Made by a program: the position numbers and the translations under genes. The notes below the pieces were generated by a model, which searched no databases, was not told where the DNA came from, and saw nothing but the letters and a program-made list of their open reading frames with translations. Shown in pieces: positions 41,325 through 57,345 of a stretch of DNA of 64,000 nt (positions within the stretch are counted from its first letter, which is position 1; the number at the start of each line of letters is the position of its first letter). The stretch spans positions 185,938,001 through 186,002,000 of the forward strand of contig NC_042998.1 of assembly GCF_006345805.1 (NCBI RefSeq), given 5' to 3'. Origin of the DNA: Octopus sinensis. Lineage: Eukaryota.

Positions 41325-41735
41325 TGCGGCGAGCTGGCAGAATCGTTAGCACGCGGGGCGAAATGCTTAGCAGTATTTCGTCTGCCGTTACGTCCTGAGT
41401 TCAAATTCCGTCGAGGTCGACTTTGCCTTTCGTTCTTTCGGGGTCGATTAAATAAGTACCAGTTACGCACAGGGGTCGATCTAATCCACTTTATCCGTTT
41501 GTCTGTCCTTGTTTGTCCTTTCTGTGTTTAGCTCCTTGTGGGTAGTAAAGAAATAGGTAGTCTGCCGCTACGTTCTGAGTTCAAATTCCGCCGAGGTCGA
41601 CTTTGCCTTTCATCCTTTCGGGGTCAATAAATTAAGGACCAGTTAGGCACTGGGGTCGATATAATTGACTTAATCCGGTTGTCTGTCCTTGTTTGTCCTT
41701 TCTGTGTTTAGCCCCTTGTGAGTAGTAATGAAATA
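41325..41735 (+). mobile_element. SINE family A dimer with one TSD pair
   Basis: 19-bp TSD GAAACAGTTATCAATGAAT at 41304-41322 and 41736-41754. Confidence 0.92.
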
Positions 41736-41777
41736 GAAACAGTTATCAATGAATCAAACTTACTTAAAATAGACACA

Positions 41778-42152
41778 AGCGCTGGTACAGTTGTATGATT
41801 AAAAAACTCACTTTGCAAACACGTGGTTTCGGGTTCAGTCCCACTTCGGGGCACCTTGGTCAAGTGTCTTCTGTTATAGTCCCAGACGGACCAATGCCTT
41901 GTGAGTAGATCTGGTAGTCGGAAAGTTTGCCACATCCACTCACAAGACGGTGTGGAAGCCTGTAATAAGTGTGTATGTTTTTGTATTTTGTGCCTGATCC
42001 CCGCAACCGCTTGACAACCAATGCTGGTCGTTCGTGTCCCCGTAACTAAGCGGCTTCACAAAATAGACCGATGGAATAAATACTAGGTTTTAAAAAAGTA
42101 CTGTGGTTGATTTGTTCGTCTTAATCTTTCAGATGAAACAAGTTAAAGATAA
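41778..42152 (+). mobile_element. SINE family B (older)
   Basis: GGGTTCAGTCCCAC, GCACCTTGGTCAAGTG, and tail GATGAAACAAGTTAAAG. Confidence 0.8.
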
Positions 42153-42887
42153 AAGACAGGAGTCACATACACACATTGTCTCTCTTCCTCTCTCTCTCTC
42201 TTTCTCACTCTCTCTCGCTCTCACCCTCTTACTTTCTCTCTCACTCCCTCACTCTCTCACTCTCTCTCTCTATGTCACTCTCTGTCTCTGTCACTGTCTC
42301 TCGCTTTCTATATGTCTATATCACTGGGAAAGGCAGTACCATAACTTGATATATTTTCAGGGCCTCCAATGCTGTTAAAAAGAGAGAAAGTTAGCCATGG
42401 ACAGGAGACTTAGCTTCTTGAATGCTTACAATAGAGTGGACTCCATCAAAGCCACACAATGACCAAGTAGTGGTGTTTAAGCAGATGAGAAGTCCATTAC
42501 ACAAGAACTCAGGATGCAATGAAAGGGAATAGAAATCATAAGGCATTTCGTCTGATCTCTAACTATTCCTCCGAACTGCACCTTGAACAGGATGGTGAAA
42601 AATTGTACACTATTGACGATATCCACAATAGTAAAGCTTAATTTCTCACAGTATCTGATTATATCAAAGGATGAAAGGTAAAGCTGACTTCTGTGGAATT
42701 TGACTTACTAATTAGCATCACCTGGAAACTTAATAGCACCACATGGAGACATTAGCTAGAACTGGCCTTTATAAGAAGTTTGGTTACATGGAGGATACTC
42801 AGTCATGAAGGAAGTTAAGAAAAGATAACTTACCTCCATTCATTGCAGATGTCCGCGCGAATTTATCTAGGAACTTTCTATTCCTAA

Positions 42888-43183
42888 CTAGCAGTATCGC
42901 CCGGCGTTGCTCGGATTTGTAAGGGAAATAACTATATAAGCATTTTTAGAGAGTTATAGCCAAAAAATAGCAAAAAATGCATTCAAAATGGAAAAAAAAT
43001 GATGGTAAATTATTTTTAAAATCGTAGACTCATCGTAGACGCGCGCTAATACCCAAAAGGGCTCGATGTGAATCACGACTATAAGATACCCGCTTTTAGT
43101 TATACTGCACCGCAAAATGTGGGAGTAGTTAGGAATCTAAATCGTAGGAGACAGACACACAACTTCTCTTTTATATATAAAGA
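42888..43183 (-). mobile_element. Short non-autonomous Helitron, about 296 bp
   Basis: Minus strand A|TCTTTATAT start, CCGAGCAACGCCGGG hairpin, CTAG|T end. Confidence 0.8.
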
Positions 43184-43832
43184 TTAGGCAACATTTCTCA
43201 AGTGAACATAAATGTTACAATATATTTATTACGCATAATGTTAAGAGCAGTTGATTTTTGCTTCCACAATATTGTTTCCAACATCGCACGTTACAACTAT
43301 AAAAAAAAATCGTGCAAAGCACCATCCTGTAACAGCCGAAATAAAACTATCTATCCACTGAGGGAGACAGTTTACTACTTTAGGAGATGTAGTGCATTAT
43401 AGAGCAACTACAAAGGAATCTCTTCGCAGCTGCTCTACCTCTAAAACCAGTGGCCAAATTTCCCTCAAATGTCTTAGAAAATTACACATTAGATGCTCGG
43501 TTCCTTGCACTAAGGAAAGAAACAAAATGATCAGGCTTGGTGTCTCGCACGGCATAACTAGACCCATGGGTTGGTAATTGTTCTTTACTCTTGACAGACG
43601 GACTACCGAGCAGATGGAAAATTCTTATAAGATAGCCTCAATATAAATATATGTTTGTGCATGTATATATTATACATTATATATTTGATATATATATCAA
43701 ATATATAATGAATGATATATACATGCACAAACTTATATATACGTATATATAGATGCCTATACATATATCAATATCTCTATCTATATTATATATATAAACA
43801 TATATATATATATATGTATATATATATTATAT

Positions 43833-43874
<42 letters not shown>

Positions 43875-43903
43875 ATATATATAATATATATATATATATC
43901 AAC

Positions 43904-43951
<48 letters not shown>

Positions 43952-43971
43952 ATGTATATATTATATATATT

Positions 43972-44032
<61 letters not shown>

Positions 44033-44362
44033 TCAGGTCTACGCGGGCCACATTTTAAAACATGACGAATGTTGCTCTGGAGGCCACGCGTTTCAAATGA
44101 GCAACTCAAAATTGCTATTCAAACTCGCCAGCATTTTTAACATAGTTGTGCAAATTTTCAGCTCAATCCAACCACATATGCACACATTATATATATACAT
44201 ACGCATTAATATATATGCACATATATACACATTATATACATACACACACACACATACACGCATATATATATATATACAAACACTTATATATTCAAATATC
44301 AATATATACACACATTATATATATGTATATATATATATATATATCTATATATATTATATATA

Positions 44363-44413
<51 letters not shown>

Positions 44414-44674
44414 TTATTTATTTATTTATTTATTTACACACACACATATATATATAAATTACCATAATAAATATCTGTTATCATTATTGTGCGGTGGTGG
44501 TGGGCGATAATAATTCACTGTTGTAAAAGCCCTGTAGCGGGAATATTTTAACTTCAAGAGAGTGAAATATATTTCCGACACAATATAATTATTTACTATT
44601 TTATTCCTCTCCATCAATTACACTTGCGGCTGTCAACGCTTTCTCTCTATAGATACAGAAAGATGTACAGTGAG

Positions 44675-44715
<41 letters not shown>

Positions 44716-44851
44716 CTAGGGAGAAAGAGCGACAGAGAGACTGCGAATACGGAGAGGGAAAGAGTGAGTAGAAGTAGTCAAAAGCCGTTATAGAGATAAA
44801 GAGGAGGGAAGGGGGGAAAAAGAGATGGAAGAAGAAAGGGTGATAAACGTA

Positions 44852-46686
<1,835 letters not shown>

Positions 46687-46930
46687 ACAACTTCTCCTCT
46701 TTCTTCTCTAGGCTCTTCTTGTTTATTTATTCTTCACTCTGATGACTCTCCATGTTTCAAATCGGTTTTATTACATAACTATGATGAATATTTTTAGCAT
46801 ATCAATGGCAATACAACACAACATTGGAAGCAGAAACAGCTGTTAGATGGAATGCAGTCTATTTGTATTGAATAAATAAATAGTAATATGATCTAAGTCA
46901 ATTGTTGTTCATCAATATTTCTCCCATTTT

Positions 46931-47145
46931 AAGGCGGTGAGCTGGCAGAAACGTTAGCACACCGGGCGAAATGCTTAGCGGTATTTCGTCTGTCTTTACG
47001 TTCTGAGTTCAAATCCCGCCAATGTTGACTTTGCTTTTCATCCTTTCGGGATCGATAAATTAAGTACCACTTGCGTATTGGGGGTCAATCTAATCGACTG
47101 GGTCCCTCCCACAAAACTTCGGGCATTGTGCCTAGAGTAGAAAAA
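46931..47145 (+). mobile_element. SINE family A (older tail type)
   Basis: TSD AATATTTCTC(C)CATTTT. Confidence 0.88.
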
Positions 47146-47205
47146 ATATTTCTCCATTTTCTGTGTGTGTGTATACATATGTATATATATATATATGTAT
47201 GTATG

Positions 47206-47284
<79 letters not shown>

Positions 47285-47321
47285 GTGTGTGTGTGTGTGG
47301 TGTGTGTGTGTGTGTGTATGC

Positions 47322-47381
<60 letters not shown>

Positions 47382-47842
47382 ATGTATTTATATATATAAT
47401 ATTACATACACACACACAACACACACATACATATTGCTGACATCATACGAATGTATGTATGTATGTATGTATGTATGTATGTATGTATGTATATATTGCG
47501 TGAGTTAGTTGTAAAAATATCCGGCTTTCTATCAGGGTACACAGTAAAACTATTTGATGAAGGAAATCTATAAAATTTTTTAAAAAACCTACTGACTTGT
47601 AGCTATGTTTTTATTGGAAACGTGTCGATGTGGACCCTCTGATATATAAAACCCGTGATTGAAATACTTTCCGGCCATCTTGCTCGCCACTAGATACTTA
47701 ACTATGAATATTCAGAGGGTAGAATACGCGTCGTAGAAGTGTGTGCCTTTATAGTACAATGATATACAGATCTCATATCAACACATCTTATGAATAATGA
47801 GATAGCTATCGTTTACCAAGATGAAGCAATCATCATGTGTGA

Positions 47843-47923
<81 letters not shown>

Positions 47924-48420
47924 GGACAGACAAACAGAGAGAGACAAAGACAGAGAGACAAAGAGACACAGAGTGTAAATGTACTGCTTACAAGAGACTA
48001 CTGTGTCGGATGAAGGAAATAGATGTTTATGTCATCGAATTATTTATAGTGAGTTTATCATCTGTGTGGGTGTATAAATATATGAATCTTTCAACGTAAG
48101 TGTCTGAATAATGTTCGTATTCTATATGACGGTTTGTGTAGGTGTTTGAGTGTGTGTGGGCGTCTGTGCAGGTGTAAAAGTATGAGTGTACCTTTTCGTG
48201 TGGGCGTTTATGCGGGTGTAAGTGTGTGCGCGCATGTATCCATGCGCGTATTTCATATATGCAACTCTTTGTACGAGATTCCTTGATACGTGTATATTCT
48301 TCTATGGCTGTTTGTGTTGCTACTTGAGTACGGTGTCTTTTATAGAAAGTGATTGTGGGTAATTTGAACGTGCGCGTATCTTCGTACATCGGTGGGCGTG
48401 AGAGTGTAATGTGTGTGTGT

Positions 48421-48451
<31 letters not shown>

Positions 48452-48469
48452 GTGTGTTTTGTTTCATGA

Positions 48470-48984
48470 GTTTGTCGAATGTCAGCTCATACGATTGGTT
48501 GATAAAGAGAAGGAGAGGAAGGAGAAAGGGTGTGAGTGAGGAGAGCGAGTTTTCACGTTGGCGCTTGTCTGTAAAAATTACTTTGTATTAAGTGCGATTG
48601 TAAGTATGTAAGTGCATTGTGCATGAAAGCAGCGTCTGGCAATCGCTCTTCTTCTCTCTTTTCATACATAAACACAGACACGTGCACGCACACCCAACAC
48701 ACACATGTGTGCGCGTAATCGCGAGAGGCAGTAACAGAAGCACGAGCAGCAGCAGCAGCAGCAGTAGAAGAATGCGTCGCCGGCATCATATTCAACACTG
48801 TCTACAATTACAGCAGATATTGTGAATGTGGCTGCCGCTGAAGCAGCGATTGCAGCAACAAACAACAGCGTTAGCAATAACAGCTGCAGCAGTAATGACA
48901 GCGGCAACAGCAGCAGCATTAGCACGAGAACAATTACTACCACCGCGAAAAAAAAATTTAGTTGCATAAGCAAGACGAACAACC
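48470..48984 (+). promoter_or_regulatory. Candidate promoter/5' UTR
   Basis: TE-free, more GC/CpG-rich stretch with ATTGG (reverse CCAAT) near 48495, purine-rich and (AGC)n tracts, upstream of an ATG-to-donor segment. Confidence 0.3.
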
Positions 48985-49086
48985 ATGTCAATGTCGGCGA
49001 CAACAACGAACGAGGGAGAGGGTTCTCGACGTGAACACAGAAGAGGAAGCATGAATATGAAAGAGATTGATGCATTCATTGAACGA
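48985..49086 (+). CDS. Candidate first coding exon (MSMSATTTNEGEGSRREHRRGSMNMKEIDAFIER)
   Basis: Kozak-like ACCATG, 34 codons of non-repetitive protein-like sequence, donor GA|GTGAGG in phase 0. No downstream exon identified. Confidence 0.35.
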
Positions 49087-51089
49087 GTGAGGCTTTGTAA
49101 CTATTCTGAACGGAATACACACACATACACACACACACATGTGTGTGTAAGAGAGAAAGAAATAAAGAGAAAGAGCGAGGGAGAGAGAGAGAGAGAGAGA
49201 AACGGTGGGGATCTTGTGTATTGTAAGTTTCCGATAAAAGATAGGTCCTCACTCTCCACCACTAATGTAGGCAAGACTGCAGTAGAGAAGATGGTATTTA
49301 ATGATAGACTAAACAGATGGTACAGAGAAGATATATTCCTTTTTTTTTCTATTTCTTTTTCATGATGAAAGAGATGGGCAAAAATATTTATCATGAATCA
49401 AACAATTTGGTTCTTGCCAACACTTCGCTCTGAAAATATCATGAAAATCTTGTAAAAGTGGGGAAAAAAAAATTCTACTTTGTTTAGAGCTACAATGATG
49501 CATAACGACAAATTTGGCCTCTTTTGCCAAAATTGGCGTCAAAGTTCTTTTAAAAACTTCAGCCTCAAATTAATCTTTAATTAAATTTACTGAGTATAAA
49601 GAATCCAATTCAAAATTAACAATATTACACCTATATACTATATCAACTAAGAAATCTACTTCGCCTTATGGAGTTCACAATATTAATAACCTTGTGTCAC
49701 TAGAGTCTGTACTGTTGTATTTTATGAGGTTGGGCTGCTTGCCAAACCCTTTTTTTTACATACTTTTCCCAAGGGGTGAAGATTCAACACAGAAACTGGA
49801 AGCTTATGAACAAAGACGAAGGTTTTTGTTGGAGATAAAAAGCTTGCTTCCCAGTTCTTTTTGTCTCAACTGCCGAACCACATTTTATCTATTTATCTAC
49901 AAAGCGCAGAAACACCACGAAGTTATGTTTTGTAATGAAGATTCTGATAGTGATAACAGCCTGTTCCACAGCACAAAAAGATTTCAGATGTTTAACTAAA
50001 GTCTACATTCCAATGTTCAAACAAATGAATGGAGAATGCTATCGTTGCCAAATCAAGAACGTTGCTGAATTTCTATCAGAAACGTTCGTGTTCTCTTGAT
50101 CGATGCTCTGGACTTAGCTCTGGAGTTCGCTGCCCATATCTCCAGTAACTCTTTACACATCCTTCAAAGAGTATTATCCAGTCCCGGAAAATCAGCGGGT
50201 GCTCCTGGTAGCTATAATTGCCTTAAAGAATTATAAAAAGTATAGCATTAAGGTAAAGCATTTATATGAAATATAAAATAAAATAAAAATAATAATGTCG
50301 GATTTCTCTGTTCCATTCACTCATATCTCGAGCTACTAGCTTTTAACTAGCGCAAGTAAATCTCTTGATCCACGTGCTCATCACCCGTATTTTGTTTATA
50401 CTTAATATAAGGTGACATCTTAGGGCAATGCTAGCACAATGACTTTTGTGCTCATTATCCAAGCAATAGAATCTCACCCTTTTCCGCCTTTCCTTTCCTT
50501 TTTTTATGATAGTAATTTCTTTTCGCAGTTCTCCAACCGATAAAAAGCTTCGATTTACCACAACCATTCGCTTTAAGGCATATTCTCTTTATCTGCTTTA
50601 CAGTCTAAACACCTCTATTTTTTCTCTTACCTAAGGCGTAAAACATCGTTCCAATGGAAAAAAAGCACTTAGTTTTCGCTAGAGAGAATATAAAATAATC
50701 TCATAGCGAGTTCGACATTCGGTTTCGATTTCTCGTAGTTTTTCCATTTTATTTACATCGTTAATACCATGTCGCAAATAATGGGATTTGTCCTTGTTTG
50801 GAGAAGGCAACGGCCAGAAAAATTATGAAACAGTCAGAGCAAATTATATCCAGAACCTGATATACTTTAGAGAGAGGAATATATAAAGATAACCACACTA
50901 ACAACTGAATGAAACTACGAGGCAAATAGACAGGTGCATTCAAGAAGTGAAGGGTCTCAATTTTTTTTTCCCGATTCCAAACGTTACTTTCAACCTTAGT
51001 GTCTCTTTATGCGTACACGTGTAGTTCCTCGATTTAATTTGGCAGAGTTCAGTCCTCTCCAAGTTATATTAACAGTGGCATACTTTTCT

Positions 51090-51287
51090 CACGGATTTTT
51101 GTCAGTGAACAGGTCGCGGTCTTAAAGCGACGAAAATATTTTGACAAATTAAACTTAAATGTTGAAGTGAATCGAACGGCTTTTGTGTGTTTCTTAAATG
51201 GCTTACAAACACCTTCCACGCTGCAATTGTTTTCGTTTCAGCACACGATCTGAGATCAAATCACTTGCTATGCAAGTACATCTCCGT
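51090..51287 (+). mobile_element. ~200-bp hammerhead-bearing repeat (family H), copy 1
   Basis: Near-identical to 54009-54206, 59446-59643 and the inverted 59295-59437. Confidence 0.9.
51098..51148 (+). ncRNA. Minimal type-I hammerhead-like motif with G3-C8 core variant
   Basis: TTTGTCA-GTGAACA-G-GTCGC-ggtcttaaa-GCGAC-GAAA-ATAT-TT-TGACAAA. Confidence 0.6.
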
Positions 51288-53269
51288 AACAATATTTTAA
51301 TTCTTATAGAAATCTATTGCAATCTTTGAAACGTGTTACAGTGTGTCTCATCTTAAAAAGGTAACCTCTTGCAAGCTTCCGACCTATCGCTCTCATTCCC
51401 AACAACTCAATGGTCATAAAAGCAATTGTTAACAATCGCACCTTTCCTTTCATAAAGACAGATATGTCAAACACATGCTCTTCTGTGTCACTCACTAGTG
51501 TTCTCTCTACCCCGAAAGAACTTCATCAAAAGCAATATTGTTGTTGCTGACTTCAGTAAAGCTCTCGTACGTGTAATTCAAGTTATCTTGTATTTAAAAC
51601 ATGATTTTTTTAAAAATGAAAAGTTAGTTTGTAACCTCAGTTTTTAACTCTCAAGAGGTTAAATAAATATGTCATAACAATGTCGTAACTACGACATCCC
51701 TTAGTACACACACTTCTCCCTCCCTTTTTCTCACATTCACCCACAATGATGATGATAATGATGATGATAAATATTAATTAATTTCTAAAAAAAAAAACCA
51801 TGCCAGTTTTATTTAATTATAAAAACAATTTTGTTGTTATTGTATAGGTTCAAGTCAACCCCTTTATAATCAAAACCATTTCAATTGTGATCATCCTGTC
51901 TTGGGTTTTTTCATTTCATCCGGACTCCAGCATCAAATGTCTTTCCTTTCCATTTTTTAAGATGGTAAGGTGTAGTTTAAGGGGTTTGTCTGACATTTCT
52001 AACCGGAAGCGTGCCCATATAGACACTACAACGCCACAGTAGAACATCTGACTCTAGAAGCAATCTCATTGCTGAGATATATCAACCAATGTCATTAAAT
52101 GACATAATCTTGCTGGGATAATATACTATGATTATATTATTTGCAATTAATAAATAACTGGTGTGTTAACAGCGCTCTGCTTCTCTACAATGTATATCTA
52201 TAGATTTTAGTCAATACTATAAGTAACAGTTAATACTGTATGTAGATGTAGTATATAGATGTCTCTATATGCAATATTTTCGTTGTCAAATCTTTAAGAT
52301 ATGAAAATCGGCCAATCCTTAAATACTTAAGCCCAAAGTAACAGGAAGTTCTTCTGGGGGTACGCAGAGTGTGATGAAATCCCCATACTGAATTAGACTG
52401 GTCAAACTGATCCCTTTGTTTTGTCTACGAAGATACTGCACTAAGTATTAAGATATTTATATAAACCTATTACATATAATGTTGGCTAGCCGAACCCAGC
52501 ATTTTGAACAAATAAATAAATAAATAAATTTTAATACTTCCCCCTCGAAACTGCTGGCTTTTTGCCAAAATTTGAAACCAATATAAAAACAAGAGAAAAA
52601 AGAAGTTAAAAGAAAGATTTTTTTTTATTATTAAGGGTTGGTAAATTGTGTACAGTATAAATAATTCCAACGTGTTTTTATCTCATCTTCTACCTCGAAA
52701 TATAACAAGTTCTTAAACCTAATTTCATTGAAGAACATGAGTGTTGTGTCTCAATAACGATTACAAGAATCCAAACGACAACTGTTCCATTGTGTTTCAT
52801 GACGAAAGAGAGCGAGAGAGAGAGAAACCAGTCTTGCCGTGACATATGTTGTGCACACCGAAGTCTTTCTTTTCTTATTCGAAAAGTGGGAGGGGAAGAA
52901 AAACAAGGAAAACACTAGCTTGCCGCTACTAATATTTCTGCTGCTGTCAATCTAAAGCAGTAGCGGTAGGCCAATACGTCTGCATGGACACTAATGAGGA
53001 AAACAGACGTCTTGTTGAAAGTGAATATGTTTACATTACTGACGGGGAAAAATCCACAACCTGCAAATTTGAATGAAAAAGTTTTATTTAGTAACAAAAA
53101 TAAGTAAAAAAAAAAGTGAGTCTGCGAGTCCACACTTTTGGTGAGAGTGGACTCGATGAATGCCGCTACATCATCTTCGTACGTTGAAAATATATAAAAC
53201 CTAATGTCTTGTCAATAGAAATCAACAGCCATCTGATTGGTAAACACCTTAGATAAGAAGACAGCCAAA

Positions 53270-53687
53270 GGATCTTTTCGGTTTGACCGGCAGTTTTTTA
53301 AAATAATTTCCACGTAACCAAACACTTTTAAACTTCGTATACTGGTAGAATGTGTTTATAAAGCATCTTTTTCTCTTGGCTTTATTGAGAAAATTCTATA
53401 GTTTGTAAGATATTTGTTGTTTTGTTTCTTCAATTTCTGCAATTTCAACCAATCAATGACCGTCTATTGAGGTGAAAACATTCAGTGCCGTATGAAAATG
53501 TCCCTCGTTTAAGAAATAGATTGGGTTTATTTACATTTCTGAAGAAAAAAAGATACCCTTCCCCCCACCCCTAACCCTAACCCTAAAATAGATTGAAATG
53601 CAATAGATCGATACTAGGGTCATAATTATGGGTGACAATTTGATATGACACCGCTAGAAAAAACTGCCGTTCAAACCGAAAAGATCC
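53270..53687. mobile_element. MITE (Merlin-like), copy 2
   Basis: Same element as 18348-18759, with perfect TSD CAGCCAAA. Confidence 0.9.
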
Positions 53688-54001
53688 CAGCCAAATTTGT
53701 GACCCGATTTCAAGTCCAATTTAAAGCAATTTCCTTTCACAAACTAATGTTGTAGGACAAGGTACGCGGGCCACTACTTTCAATTTTCTTTCCCTAAAAG
53801 TTGTGTGTGTCTTGTCCAGGCTATCGTCTAAAACAAAAAGACATGAACGAGTGGCAAAACATCATTTGAACCGCATGGAAATATGAGTAATTTAGCCACG
53901 TCTCATGGTGTTCGGAGTTCTAATCCTACCGAGGTCCTCTGTATTGACTAGTTGATCCCTACGTTTTTATGAGAGGGGTTTAGTTACGTTTTTATGAGAG
54001 G

Positions 54002-54206
54002 GATGCAGCACGGAGTTTTGTCAGTGAACAGGTCACGGTCTCAAAGCGACGAAATATTTTGACAAATTAAATTTAAATGTTGAAGTGAATCTAATGGTTT
54101 GTGAGTGTTTCTTAAATGGCTTATAAACACCTTCCACGCTGCAATTGTTTTCGTTCCGGCACACGATCTCAGATCAGGTCACTTGCTATGCAAGTACATC
54201 TCCGTG
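54002..54206 (+). mobile_element. Family H repeat, copy 2
   Basis: GATGCAGCACGGAGTTTTGTCAGTGAACAGG...GTACATCTCCGTG. Confidence 0.9.
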
Positions 54207-54384
54207 ATTTAGTTACTATTTCTATGGATCTTAAGGTGTCTTTCTGTTGATTACCTATGTGTTTTCAACACATATAAAGCTCCACGCTTTATACAGCTTT
54301 GGGCCTCATTAATTTTTAATCAAATGAAGACTATGGGTGTTACTATTTGTGTAGTCTACCAACTTTATAAATGTAACCTCTCTT

Positions 54385-54429
<45 letters not shown>

Positions 54430-54589
54430 TCTCTTTCTCCCTTGATCTTGATCTTTGGGAAACGCTACAGTATTGTGCATCAACCTGAAATAGAACAACG
54501 ACAACGATCAAGTCAGTTTTGAACCTACCACTCTCATTTTCAATACTTCAAAGGTAATGAAAACACTCTCAATAATCAGCTTCTTGAGC

Positions 54590-54621
<32 letters not shown>

Positions 54622-54629
54622 TCTCGGCA

Positions 54630-55240
54630 ACTGGGAAAAGTAATGCGGTTGCACCTAACATCATTGAAACTTTCGACCATATCAGGCAGAGAGATTTCCT
54701 AGCTAAGCTGCTAGTCTAAGAACTTCACACATCTCTAATCTCCTAGGTTTTTCTCAGACCGTATCACCACAACGAACACTGATTAGTTTTCTCTGATACA
54801 CACGTGCTTCAGGTTTGGTTACGTCACTCACCTCTCTCCCTATTGTACATTATCGATTCTCTTGCTGTCATCTCCAATAACAGTCATTCAAATTATGCCA
54901 CTTTTCACCTCTTAACCTTCTGCACACAAACGACATCAATACACAACTTATACAGCAAGTCATATCTGCACTGTCTCCAGAGACTTTGGAAACATTGCCG
55001 TTAAGATATGCCATTATTGTCACCTTCGCAAGAACAAATAATCTACCATATCAAAGAAGCAATTTTCTCCCCCATCTTCTCTATCTTGGGGAATATGCAA
55101 TTACAGCTTCAAAGTCACAACAAATTCTAGTCTTCGCAATTATTGATGACCTAGCCTTTAGTCTCCCGTTAAAAATATAGCAAAAACTTCATCTCAACGA
55201 CAAGTCTTCCTCTTCAGAACCAAAAGACGCATCAGCTCTG
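54630..55240 (+). mobile_element. Decayed CR1-like RT fragment
   Basis: VAPNIIETFDHI...LAKL, FLRP/SDR and VLQV...SPLSLLYIID in RT motif order. Confidence 0.5.
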
Positions 55241-55524
55241 GAGTTTGAAGAAATATTGGAGGTCAAGGGTGACAATGTAAAAGATGGGTTCCAACAAACA
55301 TCAGGATGTTTGTTGGCTTTAATAGCCATTTCTGCATCTTTACATCTCATTTTCTACATCTTTCTTGCACATTTCATAATTTTAAGTCACTCGCATAGCC
55401 ATCACTCATTTCCTCAATCACTAGATACTGTATGCTGTACAATAACTTTTGGGGGCAAGTTGCTTTTATATTGCTTGAGAAATATTTCTTTATATATCCT
55501 TCTCTCTCTCTCTCTCTCCCTCTT

Positions 55525-55556
<32 letters not shown>

Positions 55557-56089
55557 ATTTCTTTCTTACCCTAATACATTATTTCCTCAAAGTAGGTGGT
55601 TATGTGAATTGTTAAGTTATTCATTGCCCTTCCCACACAAATGCAACAAATGTCGTGATCACCAGGCTTAGAAGATTTGCTTCCTTCCGAACCTCGAATG
55701 GCATAGCACTTTATTCCCACGACGGAGACGACGCACACACACACATACATACAATCGCACACGCACACATCTTTGTACGTTTGTTTGTTTGTATATGCAT
55801 ATACATACATGTGTGTGTGCGCGCGCGCGCGTGTGAATGTATTATGTTTAGTATATCAAAAGGTTTGTGTGTGTGTGTGTGTTGTGTGTGTGTGTGTGTG
55901 TGTGTGAGTGAGTGTGTATGTGTGTGTGTGTGCGCGCGCATGTGTGAAGAACCCATGCTGCGATGAAACTATGAGCAGAATGTCAGTTTTGATATAAGAA
56001 ACACTCTACTCAATGTATTGAGTTCTATATCGAATAATGTTTGCACGAAGTATATTTTTAATATATTTTACAACTCTTATATTACAATG

Positions 56090-56110
56090 CATATATGTTT
56101 GTATGTATGC

Positions 56111-56143
<33 letters not shown>

Positions 56144-56307
56144 TGTATGTATGTATGTATGTATGCATGCATGTATGTATGCATGTACGTGTGTGTGTAT
56201 GTATGTATGTATATATATATATATTATATATATATATATACATACATACTTACATACATACATACATACATATATATATATACATACATACATACATATA
56301 TATATAT

Positions 56308-56342
<35 letters not shown>

Positions 56343-56428
56343 ATATATATATATATATTATATATATATTATATATATATATATTATATATAATATATAT
56401 ATATATATAATTATATATATATATATAT

Positions 56429-56471
<43 letters not shown>

Positions 56472-56479
56472 ATATATTA

Positions 56480-56538
<59 letters not shown>

Positions 56539-56647
56539 ATATTATATATATATATTATATATATATATATATATAATATTATATATATATATATAATATT
56601 ATATATATATATATATAATATATATACATACATACATACATATATAT
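56090..56647. repeat. (ATGT)n/(TA)n microsatellite block
   Basis: Directly visible. Similar blocks at 30040-30270, 30830-31130, 38965-39180 and 43780-44460. Confidence 0.95.
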
Positions 56648-56990
56648 GCCCCGAAATTCACCCAACACGATCAAAACATTGTCGATGATGATCTCAGAAA
56701 AATCAATGGGGGCCGTCGCCAAAGAACTGTGATGCACGAGGACTTTATATACAAGTCATGCATGCTGAGGAGGGGCCAATTTATATCTGCAGCGATACAA
56801 GAAAGCCGTGTCAAGCAATTACATAAGGTTAAAAACACTTGTTTTAGTTTTTCTCTGATGCGAAAATCTTCGACCAAGATTAAGTCTAACAGGAGAAATG
56901 ACAGTTGGTTATGTTCATATCTTTCTGATTTCCCCCAGAGTGACGCACACTAAGTTTTCAGCAACTGTGATGGTTTTAGGAGTGGTGACT
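56648..56990 (+). pseudogene. Decayed maT/DD37D-like Tc1/mariner transposase fragment
   Basis: MHEDFIYKS..LRRGQFIS, FSD.KIFDQD, NRRNDSWLC, HTKFSATVMVLGVV. Confidence 0.75.
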
Positions 56991-57104
56991 AAATTTTGGA
57001 CAGGGTTTAATAGTACTTCAGAATTTTCATGACAGAAGGATAGAATGTAAATATATATGAATTTAAAGCTAATAGCGGCTTATAAATGTCAGATTTTATC
57101 TTTG

Positions 57105-57257
57105 CATGGCTGTGTGGTAAGTAGCTTACTGCCCCACCACATGGTTTCAGGTTCAGTCCCTCTGCATGGAACCTCGGGTAAGTGTCTTCTAGGATAGCCT
57201 CAGGGCGGCCAAAGTCTTGTAAGTGGATTTGGTAGACGGAAACTGAAAGAAAACTGT

Positions 57258-57288
<31 letters not shown>

Positions 57289-57345
57289 ACCCCACCACTG
57301 CTTGACAATCGGTGCTGGTGTGTTTATGTCCCCGTAACTTAGCTG
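57105..57345 (+). mobile_element. SINE family B, 3'-truncated
   Basis: Head and body only. Confidence 0.8.

Noticed and set aside
49690-50240. Possible exon or LINE linker fragment
   Set aside because: Short open frames without convincing splice sites; resemblance to a CR1 linker is too weak.
52915-53133. Short ORFs and a minus-strand acceptor near 53060
   Set aside because: No recognisable protein and no consistent donor/acceptor pair.
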